A DNA stretch of 64,000 nucleotides from Lingula anatina (GCA_051362555.1 CM120648.1:7312587-7376586); one strand, 5' to 3'; counted from the first letter of the stretch, positions 39,224 to 53,162 are shown. Notes: generated by a model not told the origin, from the sequence alone. Made by a program: numbers and translations.

Positions 39224-40995
39224 TACACACACACACACACTCATTCACATGGATTTCTTTTGTGAGTGCAGGGCTACAGCTTCCAGCAGAGTCTCTCTGA
39301 TGCCAAGGAAGACAACAAGAAGATTGCAGCAACCCTGGAGAGTGTGGTGGCCTCCCACTCTCAGTTACAGAGGGCCATGGAGCACCTGCAGACAGAACTC
39401 GGCAAGAAAGATACACAAATTGTGCAACTTCGGAAAGAAAGGTAACATATACTGTGTGATTAAGATCAGAACATATTTATTTGAATATGAAAAGGGTTCA
39501 GGGGTCATTATATCTTTGCAAGAATAATCACTGAATAACCAACAGATGGAAGAATTGTGAAACCTTTTTGTAGTGCTGTATTCGCTCTACAGGAAATTAT
39601 TTATAGCTTTCATCTTCAGACCATGAAATTTTGATTCAGACTTCCCTTTTTGTATATTGTTTTACACTTATCTATAGTGTACCACTTACAGTTTTGTTGG
39701 TGGGTATGGGGGGAGTGAGCTTTGACAAGTTGACTTCTAATTGTTTGGACCAATCAAAGTTAATGTGGTCAGCCTGCATAGTGTGAATGAGAGCTCCATT
39801 TCAGTGACTCTCTAAGTGTAGAATACCTGCATTATTGAGTTGTTAATTGCTCAGAGTTTTTTAATACAGAAAAGTGTAGCACTAAAAGGGTCTATGATTG
39901 ATTCTCTGTTGTTTCAGGTCCCAGGTCCAGCAGGCCATGCATGGGATGCAGAAAGAGGTGGAGACACTTCAAGCCAGGCTTATTGCCATGGAAACACTTG
40001 AGTCCAATGAGGTGATAGTGAAAACGTTGCAGACTTATTTAATAATGAAATCCAACAAATTAATGTTAATTTTTGATGGGAAATATTGTTTGAAAAGACA
40101 TTTGACAAAAAGTGTGTCCTTTCCACGAGCTTGCTTCCAGTTGTGTTCCTGTAGAGATGGTTATGAAATTAATAAAGAACAGAAAAAGCTAATTTCCAAA
40201 GCTCATATATAACCTCATTTTCAATTTACATTGGTTTCTTAACATATTTGTTACTTGGCTTCAGATTGGTCCACTGAGAGAGGCCCTGGAGAAGTGTAAG
40301 AATGATAATATCAAGATGGCAAATTCCTTGGATGGTTTACTCTCATCAAACGGTAAGCTTCAGTCCACCGTGGAGAGATTGCAGAATGAGGTGGAGAAAA
40401 AGAATTATCTGATGGAACAGTTGAAGGAAGCCAGGTAAAGAATTTTGCATTGTTTTAAAAGGCTCTGAATTTTGCTTTTCTGGAACTTTCTCATTCATCT
40501 TTTCCAAATAAGGGCAGTTGGTTTCATTTTTGATCCACTTAAAAACAAAAATTTGACTTTATCAAGGCAGCCCTTAGTTTTAAAATTGTGACATTTTGGA
40601 TAAAAATTAACTATAAAGGAGGGTAGAGGTAGGGGTTGGGCCAGTTTTTGATAAAATTATGGGCAGGTATAATATTGTGAGCTTCTGTCACTCAAATCCA
40701 TTTTGCAGGTCATTTAATGAAAACATTTTTCTTTAGGATTTATGAGGGAGAAACACCTTTCAGACAAACTTGATTTTAACATATCATGCTTGCACATGAA
40801 GTTTTAATAACTCATTCCAGGGGCCAGGAGTTGGAAGAGAGAAAACAGGAGGTGCAGAGTTATGAAGAACGCCTGGAGAACATGAGACAGCAGCTGAGAC
40901 AGGAGAGGGACAAAGCTGTGAAGAAAACCAACAAAGATATGACAGAGGTAGGTTACCTAGATCTTTTTTTGGAATGAAGTATTTACATGTACATG

Positions 40996-41038
<43 letters not shown>

Positions 41039-43596
41039 GATGTGTGTCTTTGTGTAAGAGAATATTTTTTTATTTGTGAAAACAAGCTTTTTAGTTCATT
41101 TACAATGTTATAACCACTAGGGCATTTCAGTAGACTTTCCTTTGCTCTTAGCTAAGGTGTACATTTTTAACCCTTCTAAGTGTACATTTTATATGCCAAA
41201 TTATCTTTGTCCGGACCTAGGTAAGGAAGCAAAACGAGGAGCTAGTCAGCAAGAACGGGGAGCTGTCGCGCGCTAACCACGAGCTGAGGCACCGAGCGAC
41301 AGAACTGGGGCACCAGGTGAAGGAACAGAAGGAGAAGATCTCCAGGCACCGCAGCCAGATAGAGCACCTGCAGAAACTGAGACAGGAACAGGAGGAGACC
41401 ATCAGCAAACTCAGGGTGAGGGGGTGGATATGGAGTGATTTAAAGCACTGGTCTGGAGTGTTTTTTTTTTTTTTTTTTTCGTTTGGGGGGGGGGAGGTCA
41501 TTCCACAAAGACATGAATATTTGAGTCCCATTTTGTATAATATTTTCATTATTTTGACTTGCCCAATAATTTTTTTCGCTGCTTTATACTGGAGTACCCA
41601 CCAGTATGGAGAAAGAAATCAATGGTAATTAAAAAGTACTATAAAACAATTTTGCAAATATTGCACAGAATGTGTGGGCCATTGACATGATCACAATGTT
41701 CACTTTTCTTTCTTTCTTATTTATTTATTTTTTGTAAGTATGATGTTAATTGTAGATGGAGATTAAAATTTTTATTTGCTTTTACTTAAAGTCAACAGAA
41801 GTGGAGTGTTTTAAAGCTTTGCTGGAAAATAATAGATGTTTATTGAAATAAAAAAAGTAATGTTTGCTGTATTTATGGTATGCTATTTGAAAATCAGTAT
41901 TTTCATTTCTGCAAGTTTGTAAAGACTTTATGATTAATTTCAAACAGGTTATAGCAGATGAAGTAAAAGAACTAGAAAGGATGAGAGATGAATATGCGAA
42001 GAAAAATGAAGAACAGGTATTATGATCATATATTAGCAACTGATATATTGCATATTCTTTGAATATATCATTTAAAATTATAATGATGAAATTTTCAGTT
42101 ACATTCAATTTGTCATATCATCATCTTCAAGATGGTGGCATTTGCACACTTGAATTTTATGTTAATTTTATAAATGGTTGACGTTTTTATATTGATGCCC
42201 ACTTCATGCAAGAAGTTAACTAACATTTTGATAAATAAATAAATAAATGGATTTCTTTATCTGTTTATTTTTGAATGAACTACTTTCATCTCATCAGGTC
42301 AATGTAGTCCAGAGTTTCATGTCTCAGATAGCCTCACTTCAGGCGGAGATACGCGGTCTCTCTGAGGCTCAGCTAGAAACCAGCCAGGTGCTGGAGGACC
42401 AGGAGTATAAGCTCCAGTCAGAGAGAAAGCAGAGAGAGGAACTACATAGGAAATACAGGGTGAGTACAAGCTCCAGTCAGAGAGAAAGCAGAGAGAGGAA
42501 CTACATAGGAAATACAGGGTGAGTACAAGCTCCAATCAGAGAGAAAGCAGAGAGAGGAACTACATAGGAAATACAGGGTGAGTACAAGCTCCAGTCAGAG
42601 AGAAAGCAGAGAGAGGAACTACATAGGAAATACAGGGTGAGTACAAGCTCCAGTCAGAGAGAAAGCAGAGAGAGGAACTACATAGGAAATACAGGGTGAG
42701 TACAAGCTCCAATCAGAGAGAAAGCAGAGAGAGGAACTACATAGGAAATACAGGGTGAGTACAAGCTCCAAACAGAGAGAAAGCAGAGAGAAGAACTACA
42801 TAGGAAATACAGGGCAAGTCAACAATCAGACAAAATTCACAGAACGTATATTTGAATATATTTTTTCTTTTTTTGTCATCTGCACAATTCAAATAACCTG
42901 AAATTATTTAGTGAAGCATAACTAGCAGGAATATGTATTTTTTAATCACACATAATTCATTTTCTTGTTTTAGGAAGCTCGGAAAAGGGAACAAGAACTT
43001 GAAGAACTGCGGAGGAAGACCGAAGAGAAACTGATGGAGGCCAACGACGAGTCTATGCAGATATCGCACAGTCTGCAGGATGCCCATGAATGGTTCAAGT
43101 CCAAGTTTGAGAAGCTGCAATCTGAACTTGTGAAGTCCAGGTACACAAGCTCGCTCGCGCGCGCGCGCTCTCTCTCTCTCTCTCTCTCTAGTTTTTGCTC
43201 TTACTCTATCTTTGGATTTATGATAGATGTCAGTAAGCATTTATAATTATGAAAATTAGGATGAGAGATTATAAGAAATAGAAAACGTATAAATCATATT
43301 ATCTCTCGCATTTATTATAATCTTTATGGTGAAAGATGATACTTAAAAATAAAAATAATTTTTTGGCCAATAAATGACCACCAGACTGGGGGCACTTAAA
43401 CAAATACAGCACCTCAGTCAGTATTAGCAAAATGTTTCAATCCCAGGCAATCTCAGGCCGAGATGGAGCAAGCGGCCTTAGAACAGAGAATGATGGTGGA
43501 AGAGGAGAGGCAGAGGGCACAGGAGATTGCTGAGGAGGCTAGAAGGATGTTGAAAGTTAGTCTTTTTAGTTGATGTTTTTGTTTGTATTGGGAGTG

Positions 43597-43627
<31 letters not shown>

Positions 43628-44510
43628 TGGAAGACTGTTGAGGAGGCTAGAAGGATGTCAAGGTGGGTCCTTGTAGTTATTATTTACGCATTATGCCAGC
43701 AATTCATTTATTTCCATCTCCACTATGAGAGTGACTTTATAAAAAATAAGAAAGTCAAAACAGGCTTATAAATCATACTTTTGATATATCTTTATGAAAT
43801 GTTGGAAAATTGCTATAATTTTCTGTAAAATTCTTTTTTTTTTTCATCGAAAGATCTAAGGGTCCATTCTCAATGAATTTATCAACCTAGCTACTAACTC
43901 TACAGGGACTCTTGCTGAATGCATGGAGATTAACAGATTAACATGCCGCCTTCTGGCATTGAGTAAAATACAAAAAAAAAAATGGTGATTTTACGATAAA
44001 CAAGAGGAGGAGGAGTCTGTTCATCTGAGTGCAATCAGTGAGAGTCCCCATAGTGTAGAGCACAGTAGCTCGAGGTCAATTAATTCATTGAGAATGGGCC
44101 GAAAGATTCATTATACAGTATGCCTTAAACAGCTATTGCCAAAGCCTATTCAGGGGTGGATCCAGCAATATTTTCTGACAGTCTTCCAAATTATCTTTGT
44201 TGATCCATCCTCCATTTTTGACCGTCTTCCGACAGAAAAAATTAGATGCCCATCAGTGTCAACTTGAAAAATTCTGAACGTCTTCCGTAAGACCCAGAAG
44301 ATGTTTTCCGTTCGCCCCTGCTATTCTAGACTTGATTGGTTCTGTTCTGTCTGTGTGTTCTCCAGGCCAGCAGGCAGACAGTGACCAAGCTGGCCGACTA
44401 TGCCGAGATGGGGCAGCAGGAGACCAGGCAGGCCCTGGGCACCATGCAGGCACAACTCCAGGCAGAGAGGGACCATGCCAGATACATGGGCAGGAAATAT
44501 AACCAGCTGA

Positions 44511-44572
<62 letters not shown>

Positions 44573-44628
44573 TTATGTGAGAGAGAGAGAGAGAGGGGGT
44601 GAGAGAAGGGTGTGACTCTATCTCTCTC

Positions 44629-44661
<33 letters not shown>

Positions 44662-44860
44662 AGGGAAAAGAAAAAAAGGGTAATGTAGATGGTAAGAGTT
44701 ACGACACCTTTCTTGCTTCATGCCTGATCAGCTCATTTTGAGTATTGTTCTGTCTCATTTTCAGGAGTCCAGCAGCAGACAGGTGGAAGATCTAGTCAGG
44801 GAATTTGACTCTGTGCAATCTCGATCCCACCCACCAACGTGGACACCATATGGCAGCTAG
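32270..44860 (+). CDS. CCDC150: Coiled-coil domain-containing protein 150-like (~23 coding exons)
   Basis: N-terminus TLDVLSQRLQAAEE..DILHRNYETLVSRVCKLESIIQSLRLNI resembles CCDC150. A long series of heptad E/K/Q/L-rich exons with canonical splice sites follows; last exon 44765-44860 ends in TAG; AATAAA at 46027. Confidence 0.82.
34554..35338. mobile_element. 785-bp non-autonomous DNA transposon with 8-bp target-site duplication
   Basis: GGTTAGAG at 34546-34553 and 35339-35346; imperfect TIRs taccctaggttctaga / tctgacactcagggta; internal IR cagtgaaaatgcagt / actgcattttcactg. Confidence 0.8.
35645..35830. mobile_element. Kolobok-like TTAA MITE, partial copy in opposite orientation
   Basis: ttaaagggataacaactcttc...gtaatctcttaa is the reverse complement of the right half of the 12181/55607 copies. 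Confidence 0.7.
39004..39144. repeat. Foldback element flanked by (ATTCA)n/(TGAAT)n
   Basis: attcaattcaattcaaa...tttgaattgaattgaat with an internal ctctgat/atcagag stem. Confidence 0.6.
42403..42814 (+). repeat. 59-bp minisatellite, 7 copies, spanning a CCDC150 exon end and 5' splice site
   Basis: Unit gagtacaagctccagtcagagagaaagcagagagaggaactacataggaaatacagggt; copy 1 is coding. Confidence 0.95.
43860..44320. mobile_element. Two adjacent MITEs: Harbinger-like 43860-44100 and CAGGGG-type 44151-44320
   Basis: gggtccattctcaatgaatt / aattcattgagaatgggcc; caggggtgga / ttcgcccctg with a CTATT 5-bp duplication. Confidence 0.75.
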
Positions 44861-44877
44861 CAGGACCTGTTATATAT

Positions 44878-45500
44878 GGCTTGATTCACAACCTAGTAGA
44901 TTTGTGGACTAACTAGTCCTCGGATCAAATATGGCGTGCACTTGACAATAGATTCTTGCTTTCAACTCACGCCGTCCCCAGCAGGGCAGAACAATTCAAT
45001 CTCGCCATGTTTTTCCAGTGGGTCACGCCATATTTGACCTGTGGATAAGTTGGCCAGCAGATCAACTGGTTGTGAATACTCCCCATATGAGAGAAAAAGA
45101 GAACACCTGTAACAGATTCAGGTTGCATAAAGATATTGCCTGCCCTAGGAATATCCAGAGTGTAGTCACAGACTGGAGGGTTATCTTAGGCAGGGGATCG
45201 CAGCATTCACCAGTCAGGTTAAAGAGACATCCCATTGTGCCATAGACATTTAGAAGCCATTCAGAACAGAAGATCCGAGGATCTGCTGATCCATGGTTCA
45301 AATATGGTGGACTCTACACAAAAGAAGAGGCAACTAATCTGCTGATGGTCTCCCCATCTCCATGTGCACCAATAAAACAGATTAAATATTGGCTCCGAGG
45401 TTTAATTGCTAGACCTCTTCAAGGACGGCACATGTGGAGGCTGGGAGACCATCAGCAGATCAGTCGCCTTTTCTTTTTTTCTGTCAACTTTCATCCAGAT
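44878..45500. mobile_element. Cluster of three foldback MITEs in the CCDC150 3' UTR
   Basis: attcacaacc..tcaaatatggcgtg / cacgccatatttga..ggttgtgaat; cctgccctagga / tcttaggcagg; atctgctgatggtctccc / gggagaccatcagcagat (last one related to 55998-56480). Confidence 0.7.
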
Positions 45501-46080
45501 CGTAGTGTTTTATTATTCTTTGCACAAGCACCAAAAAAGATGTGCAGATTTTTCTTTAAATTGATGGTGCATTTTTCTTTAGAACTTATCAAGAATAAGG
45601 TTTTGAAACCGTTTTGTTGAGATCTTAAAAATTATATGAACAAAAAGCATACAAATGGCTGCATAAAGTATAATGTTTGACCTGGTTTGTTTTTTAGAAT
45701 AATAACTTATTACTCATAGAGTTCAACAGAAATTGGTCAGACATGGGCAAGGTAAATGCCTTGTCACAACTTGTAGAATTTTTTGATTTGTCTGTCCTTT
45801 TTTTTTTTTTTTTTTTTTTTGTCCCATCTCATCTCATTGTGTACATACATAAAGACATCATCCATTTACTACTTACTATTTATAGTTCTTTTTTATTTAT
45901 ATCATGAAATACGTCTTTAAAGTACTGTATTGAGATTTTAGTTTTGAATATTGATATATCATTGTCAGATTATTTATTTTGAATGATTTTTATCTGGTAA
46001 AATTGTTTCCTGTCACATTTATACCAAATAAAATATCAAATATAAAACTGTATCACATTAATTGTACTGATATATTTTAA

Positions 46081-47068
46081 AGGACAATGTTCATGTAAAA
46101 ATCCATTTCTCGAATTTTGAAGATACAGCACTCAATCTATACACTAGAGGTATGTTTTAATCGATCCCCGCCATTTAAAAATTATAAAAACAATCTATTA
46201 GTAGAAAAAAAGCGTTTTAGTAAACCTCACCTCAATATGCAAAAATGAAGCAACAGATCTGGGTCACGTGGTACTGTGACGACAATCACGATAAATGTCT
46301 ATGAGACTCAACTGAGCTCCATGGTGCGTACAGACGGAGAAGTTAATGAAAGTTGTGTTGAACGGAGTTGAGGAATTTTCGTTATGCCTCGGTGTGTTGC
46401 CGTGGGATTCACCAAAATTGCAGCTCTCGTTGACAATCTTTCTTTGTCTGTGACGGTCTTCCGTGACTTACTTACTAACTTCGGTGACAATAGTTGCGAT
46501 GCTCTAGATCATGGTCACCTCAGGTGGTTTAGATCATATCAAGAGCTGGTAGTCTTTCAGATTAACTGTCGTCAGTTGGCAAACTTACTGATTGCTGATG
46601 CATTTTAAATGCATTGTAGTTGACCAAAAGCTCGTTTACAACAAACCTGTTAATTATGCACCGCTGCAATTCCCAAGCCAGGTAATAACAGGTATGAAAC
46701 TCGTCTTGTGGGCTTTGATATTTTTCAATATATCTCCTTTATTTCATGGGGTTATTTTATTGGTATTTGTAAATGACGTTAAATATCAATACTTAAACAA
46801 TTAAGTTCAAACACGGTCGCGAACATTAATAAAAGAAATTGCTCTCAGGGTATCTTGAAGCTTCCGTGGAAGAAAACGTGTTGAGGAAAAACAGGAAAAA
46901 GAGCGTTATATTAAAGAAAAAATGGGAACTGCTATAATAAAATGGTTCGTTATCCTAATTCGTTTATGCTTTGAGGATTTGTTTCTGAAGATTATTTCAT
47001 CTGAAATATTAAATAATTTAAAAGATTGATCATTTTATAACTTGAAACGCAAATTCTGCGTCAGTACG

Positions 47069-47116
<48 letters not shown>

Positions 47117-48579
47117 AAATTTGTAAGCTTATAACACCGTGCTATAAAGATCTACTCAAGAAAAAAATTTGCTTGGGTAAAATTGAGTACGGAATGAACT
47201 GGAGACACTTGGCTTGTCGTTAAGTTTACACGAAAATATGTCAGGTAACTTTATACTGTCTTTGAAAGAGTAAAGATTGAAAGATAATTTTAGACAAACT
47301 TTGACGGGGGAAATACCTACAAAGAGTAATGGGCTATTTCGCCAACATCTTGTTGAAAATTTTACACTGCAATTCTATTCAAATAAGCTAAAGAACTAAT
47401 TGCCAAATTAATACTCTCATCACATAACAGGGGGGTAACCAGACCTGCAAAAATTGTACGCACATATTTAAAAAGATTACAAGCACATACAGCAAAATGT
47501 AGACCTACGCAAAACATGAAGGACAGCGTAATCACAGCAAATGTACCTCATATAGTAGCTTTATTTCCATTAATAATAAAATCATCATTTAAGTCAAAAA
47601 TATTCTTGCAATTTAATAACTATTTTAATTTACCCAGAACGGTATATTTATTTTAAAGGCGGTTAACTGAAATATAGTTTTATGATTTGTTTGTGAAAAT
47701 TGCCCATGTCACCCTGTTAGTTTGGAGGTCTAAGCTGGATCAAGTCCGTGTTAAAATTCCTATGAAGTTGTGCAGGAAAAATTCTTCCTTTCTTTCTCTA
47801 GCTCCTCGATAAACCTGGTGTTCAGATTTTATCTAGTACCCCCAGGTCTACGGGAGCTGCGCTTTGTAACTAACGCACAGGTAGATTTTTACCTGAGATA
47901 ACTGGAGTAAAGCTTAGATAGAGAGTGCGTTCGATACAAGCAAGACAAATTGAATGCCATTTAACCCTCTAATTAAGAGGTAAAGGAAGTTCCAGTTAGA
48001 TGGATGATTAAGATACAGTGTAGGACTTGTAAAGGTAACGGGCATTGTTTACCTCAGTTTAATAAAAGTATGCAAGACGGAGTGTCAGCGGTTTAATAAA
48101 ATAAATTGAATTTCACAAATAACATGGACCTCATATGCAATAATCAACATTTCCCTTAACTCATTCAAATGCAGTGTTTTATACAACTTGGGATAACCAT
48201 AATGAAATGATTGTTAAAGAAATGACTAGACGGGAAATGGTTTTACACAGCTTCACGAGGATTTAGACCCCTCGGGTAAGAGATTTGAATGAGTATAAAC
48301 TTTTATCAGAAGTCAGAGAAGTCATCTTACATGTAGACAACGCAGCTCAGTTTGACAGCTAAGCACGCTCTGTTCTCCAGTGGCTCGATTGTCGTCATCG
48401 GACCACGTGACCACGTAGCTCATTAACTCCCATGCCGAGCAAATAGGACGTTTTTTAAAGCCAAAAATTTACAAAATGAGCTTTTAATTTGTGTATTTGG
48501 ATAAAGATATCGTTAGTTGGGCATGTTTTCTGAAGAATATGTCCCGTTCAGGCCATTCTGACGGCATGAAGCAAACCCT
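46081..48579 (+). mobile_element. 2.5-kb decayed Kolobok-like DNA transposon with a THAP-like N-terminal remnant
   Basis: TTAA at 46077-46080 and 48580-48583; imperfect TIR aggacaatgttcatg / catgaagcaaaccct; subterminal IR ggtcacgtggtactgtgacgacaatc (46262) / gattgtcgtcatcggaccacgtgacc (48387); ORF start MPRCVAVG at 46384 resembles a THAP start. Confidence 0.7.
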
Positions 48580-49845
48580 TTAACCATCAATTTTTTCCAT
48601 AAAGTGGTTAAACTGTTCTTCAGGGCGTGCTAGAATTTTTCTGGACTGAGAAAGTGACTCTTTGAAGAAATCAAGACTGAGACTAATATATTTTTCATTT
48701 ATTTAGTTTGCATTTTGTTCAATAATTTACCATTTCAATCCCATTGTGTTCCAGAATTAACATTTGGATTGAATGTACAAAGTTGAAAAAGAGTCTCCGA
48801 GATATGTCAATGTTAACATGGACTGATGGCATTTTTATTATTTACAACTGTGATGAATCAATATGCAGTCATGAACAGGCTCATAGAAAGACAATGAGGG
48901 TTTACAATATTCTCCTGAGAAGTTCAATAAAAAATACTTGCTAATGTATTGATTGCAAGTAATGAATGGACATATTACTTATCACAATCCTACAAAGGAA
49001 GGGAAAAAAAAAAAAAAAAAACACAAGAATTTCAAAATGCACATGGTATTTGAATATGTAGAGTTGGTTAATCTGTCTGTCATTTTGTCCTCCGTACATG
49101 TGACCAATAATTCATTCTCTTACAAGTGGAGCAATTTTTAGAATGTGAGAACTATGAGACATCTAAGTATGAAGTTACACAATTTAAAAAATGTGACAGA
49201 ACATGGAAATGCCCCCAACGCCATTTCAATATATTTTAAGTATCAGTAAAACATAAGAGAAGGATTACGTATTGGATGCCTTTTTGGAAAAAAAAAATTA
49301 ATCAGACTTATTAAGCAAACAGTCACTTTCAATCTACATTGGTGAAACAAGTGGATGTGACATAATTTTACTCATAATTTTTTCCACCAAAAGTTTTCAG
49401 ATAATCATTATTACAAGTCTTCAAATGGTGCACAATAACATTCATGTCTCCCATAAAAAACTTTCTGACAAGAAAACCTCTCTTGGACTATTCAAATCGC
49501 CACTTACCCGAAAACCAACCATATATTCTTACTGAAGAAGTAATAGATTCACTGATTTTCAAATTTTATGCATAATTGTTGTAGAAATAACAAAACCATA
49601 TCAGAAATGTTAAAAAAAAGATGAATATGAGAAATCTGCCACATATTTATCCCTAAGTGATTTAATCTATAAAAGGTGCTTCTGTGATCATCCAGACACA
49701 TTTATCATAAATGGTCACTGTTGGTCAATCTTTTCAAAGATTCTGAGTGGGCAGAAAAGAAGTATCCAGGCATGTGTAAACCATATCACAACATGTTCCT
49801 GTGCTATGGAGAAAGAATAGTGGCTCGTCTTTACCAGGGGGAGTG

Positions 49846-52800
49846 CTAGCTGAAGAAGTATTCCGACTTCTTTACTTTCTCTAAGGCGAAATTACCTGGA
49901 ACACAAACAACACAAAAGAATGATATTAGAGAGAATAAAAACATAAGATGCTTCAATACCAAAGATTGAAATGGTTTTCAAAAAAAATTTTTTTTCGCTT
50001 TAACATGACTCCATTTGCTATTTGTGAGCTATTTTGTGTTAAAGTTGGAAGTACATTGCAAATAAAAAATATAATTAAATAAAAGGCAGATTATGCCTGT
50101 GATACTTGTATTCCTATCAGAAAGAAAACTGGGGGTTGGACAATGCCCTGTAAAACCACATCTGGGTTAAACTTTATTAAACAGTGCTTACTACATTTGT
50201 CTTTACCTTTTTTTGGCACTCTCCTGAGAATTCCGTTTAAACGTGCAATTGAAGGATTTTTTGATGCTTCTCTAAAAGAAAATGAAGTTAAATGTGAGTT
50301 CTAATCATTGAAAAATTAAAGACAATCATGAATGTCTCAAGTAACAATTTTAAAACTCAAAAAATCATTTCTCCTTTTTCCGTTTAACTGATTTTGTAGT
50401 TTTTAAAAATAATTTTAATAAACAACTGAAGAAATTAAAACATCCATTTGTACAAACTTCCTTATCTCTAACTTTTCCCCTCAAACTTATTTACAAATAA
50501 GAAAATTCAAAATATCCACTTCAACAGTTTTTCAATTTCAAGACCTTTCCTTTTCGCAATTCCCGGACTAAGATACCTTTCATACCTTTCACTAAATCCA
50601 TATTTTTCACAAAGCTCCTCTGATAGCTGACTCAAAATTGGTTGGTTGTGGAGAGCAATGAACTGCTCTCGACATATTTTGTTCATTATTTCCACATCGC
50701 AAGGGTGTGTCCAGAAACAGTCATGTACTGACACAAAAGTGATTCCTGCTCTGTAAAGGTGGGAAAAAAAGATCGTGGAATTTTTTTTACTTCTGTTTTG
50801 AGTGAATTGCACTGACGGAGCAATGAAACATTATTGCTTGGACTTAGATGTCTTTTCTCCCATGCAAAATGACACAGTAACATATGTATAATATGCAAGA
50901 ATGACAAAAAAGATTAAAGAGACATTAGAGAACAACCATATCAAAGTCTTGACTTCTTTTCTTATCTTTTTAACAATTTTTCAAATGTTTTTTTTTTAAA
51001 TAAAATTCCCAAGCTAAGTTTCAAGCTTTCCCCAAGTTGTATCTGTTCTTGCCACGAGAGGGCACTGCAACCCAGACATGCCAAAACCAGTACTTACTCT
51101 AAACAGTACAGGGAAGTCAACATCATATGAGTGGCATCTAATGAATGAACAAAGTTTGGTGGAAAGGCATTCTTCTGTTTCACAGCATTGGGTTTAATTA
51201 GTTTCACAGATTTTTTGCTGCCATCCTTAATATTGTATTTTGTTGTTTTATAATAAGGCTGGATGACGGGAAAACCTAGGGGAGTGGTCCACTCCATTGG
51301 CTTTAAGCATACTTTAGACACAGCCACAGAAGTCTGTATAAACCAGTCCTACAAAAGTAAATTTAAAAAATTGAAATTGAAAATGAACTTCCGATACAGG
51401 AAACACCATGTCAATGGCTAAAAAAAGACTGCACAATTTACTTCAAAATGACTACAATTTTTACTTTTTCAAACAGAGGAAATTACCAATGAAATGACAT
51501 GGAAAACAACAACTATAAATTCAATTTATCACTGCTTTTTTCTTGAGAAAAGTAAACTATCTTATAATTCATATCCAGCAACTACCTGGATTCTTCTGGC
51601 TGATTTGAACATATTGCGAATGGCTTTGAATGTCTTTTCTGCCAGATACTTCGCAGCCTCTTTATCATGTATGTGAGGGAAACCCTCAAGTTCTGTCAAT
51701 TGACGGAGAATCTGCAGCTTGGCTCCATAAGGCGTTACTCCATACACAGTGGTCATCACAGTTTGCTTGATCACCTAAAATAGCATATATTCAGATCAAT
51801 AACAGCATTTACGTCTCCTTGATCTAAACCTACTTAAATAATATGACATCCCTATTAAAAGAATAGAACAAACTCAAGTATGATGTTCGAAGCAAAAGTT
51901 CAATGAGAACTTTGAAATTTGCAAAGTGCAGTTCATTGTGAAAAGTAGGTTAAAATGTCAAATTCAAGGTCACTGGAAGACTGTCAATATATGAGTTCAC
52001 ATTCAAGTTCAGTAGTAACTATGGGCATATCTCTGCCCAAAATTTACATAAATCGAGTTGAGATTATATGTGACCTACATACAAGAGATGGGTACACAGG
52101 CTCTTGTAGTCTAGGAGAAGCAGTAACTGTGACATGACAACAGAACCGACAGATGATACCGGTCGGGACTAAAACCATGTGTACCACCAGTGTCACGCTA
52201 GTAGTACAATTAAAATGGAGTATGCAAGATATTTGAAATATGTGAATAAATACTGCATGTTCAGTCACCTTTGACAAAATTTCTGAAAATGGAAGTCAAT
52301 CTGAATCTCCAGAAGTATCAGGAAGAGTTTCATGACCTGTTTTTTCTTACCTTCCTACTAACAAATCCCTCTAAAACTTTTGCTATTTCATTGCCTTTTG
52401 CAGCATCAGCCTGTCTTTCTTTTTCCACCTTTGTAAAAAGTAGCAGGAAGAAGAAAAGTCATTAAAACAGACAAGTGGGCCATGTAAGATATTGCACAGA
52501 TAAGTGAGAAACTGAAATGATTTTCAATAAGTCAATTCCCATTGTTTTTGTTAGTAAACATGTGTACTAGCTGCTCCTTAACCCAATTATTCAAAATCCA
52601 TAGATAGTAGATGACATTAAATATCAAGAAGATGAGTCAAGATGTCTTAGTACAGCAAGATCTCTTTACAACTGGCTATATATCACTGTAAAGGTCACCA
52701 ACCAATTTGCATAGTTACAACAGCATTTAATATAGTCCATACAGAAAACACAGCTACAGAAGATAAAGACACTGATTTCACTGTCACTTACCAACTCAGT

Positions 52801-53125
52801 TACGTCACTATAAACGTCACAAGGTACAGGCGAAGGGGCGAGGTTGACAGACTTAGCACCAGCTTGGTCCCGACCCAAAGCTGCATAGTGCTGCAGACCA
52901 TTACACGTGCCATCCTGTGAATAAATTTTGGCAAACATCAAAATCTTTTTTTCCCACATGCTCACTTATAATTATTATGGTAATAATTTATTGAAAGATT
53001 TCAGATTTACACATGCAGATATAACTCAACTGTCCACACCAAGTGTAACATGAAAATCTCCAGTCAAAATTTCATAATAAAATTTTTACCCCCCCCCCCC
53101 ACCCACCCACCCACCCACACACACA

Positions 53126-53162
<37 letters not shown>

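Noticed and set aside
42403-42814. CRISPR-like regular array
   Set aside because: Head-to-tail units with no unique spacers, in a eukaryotic intron; it is a minisatellite.
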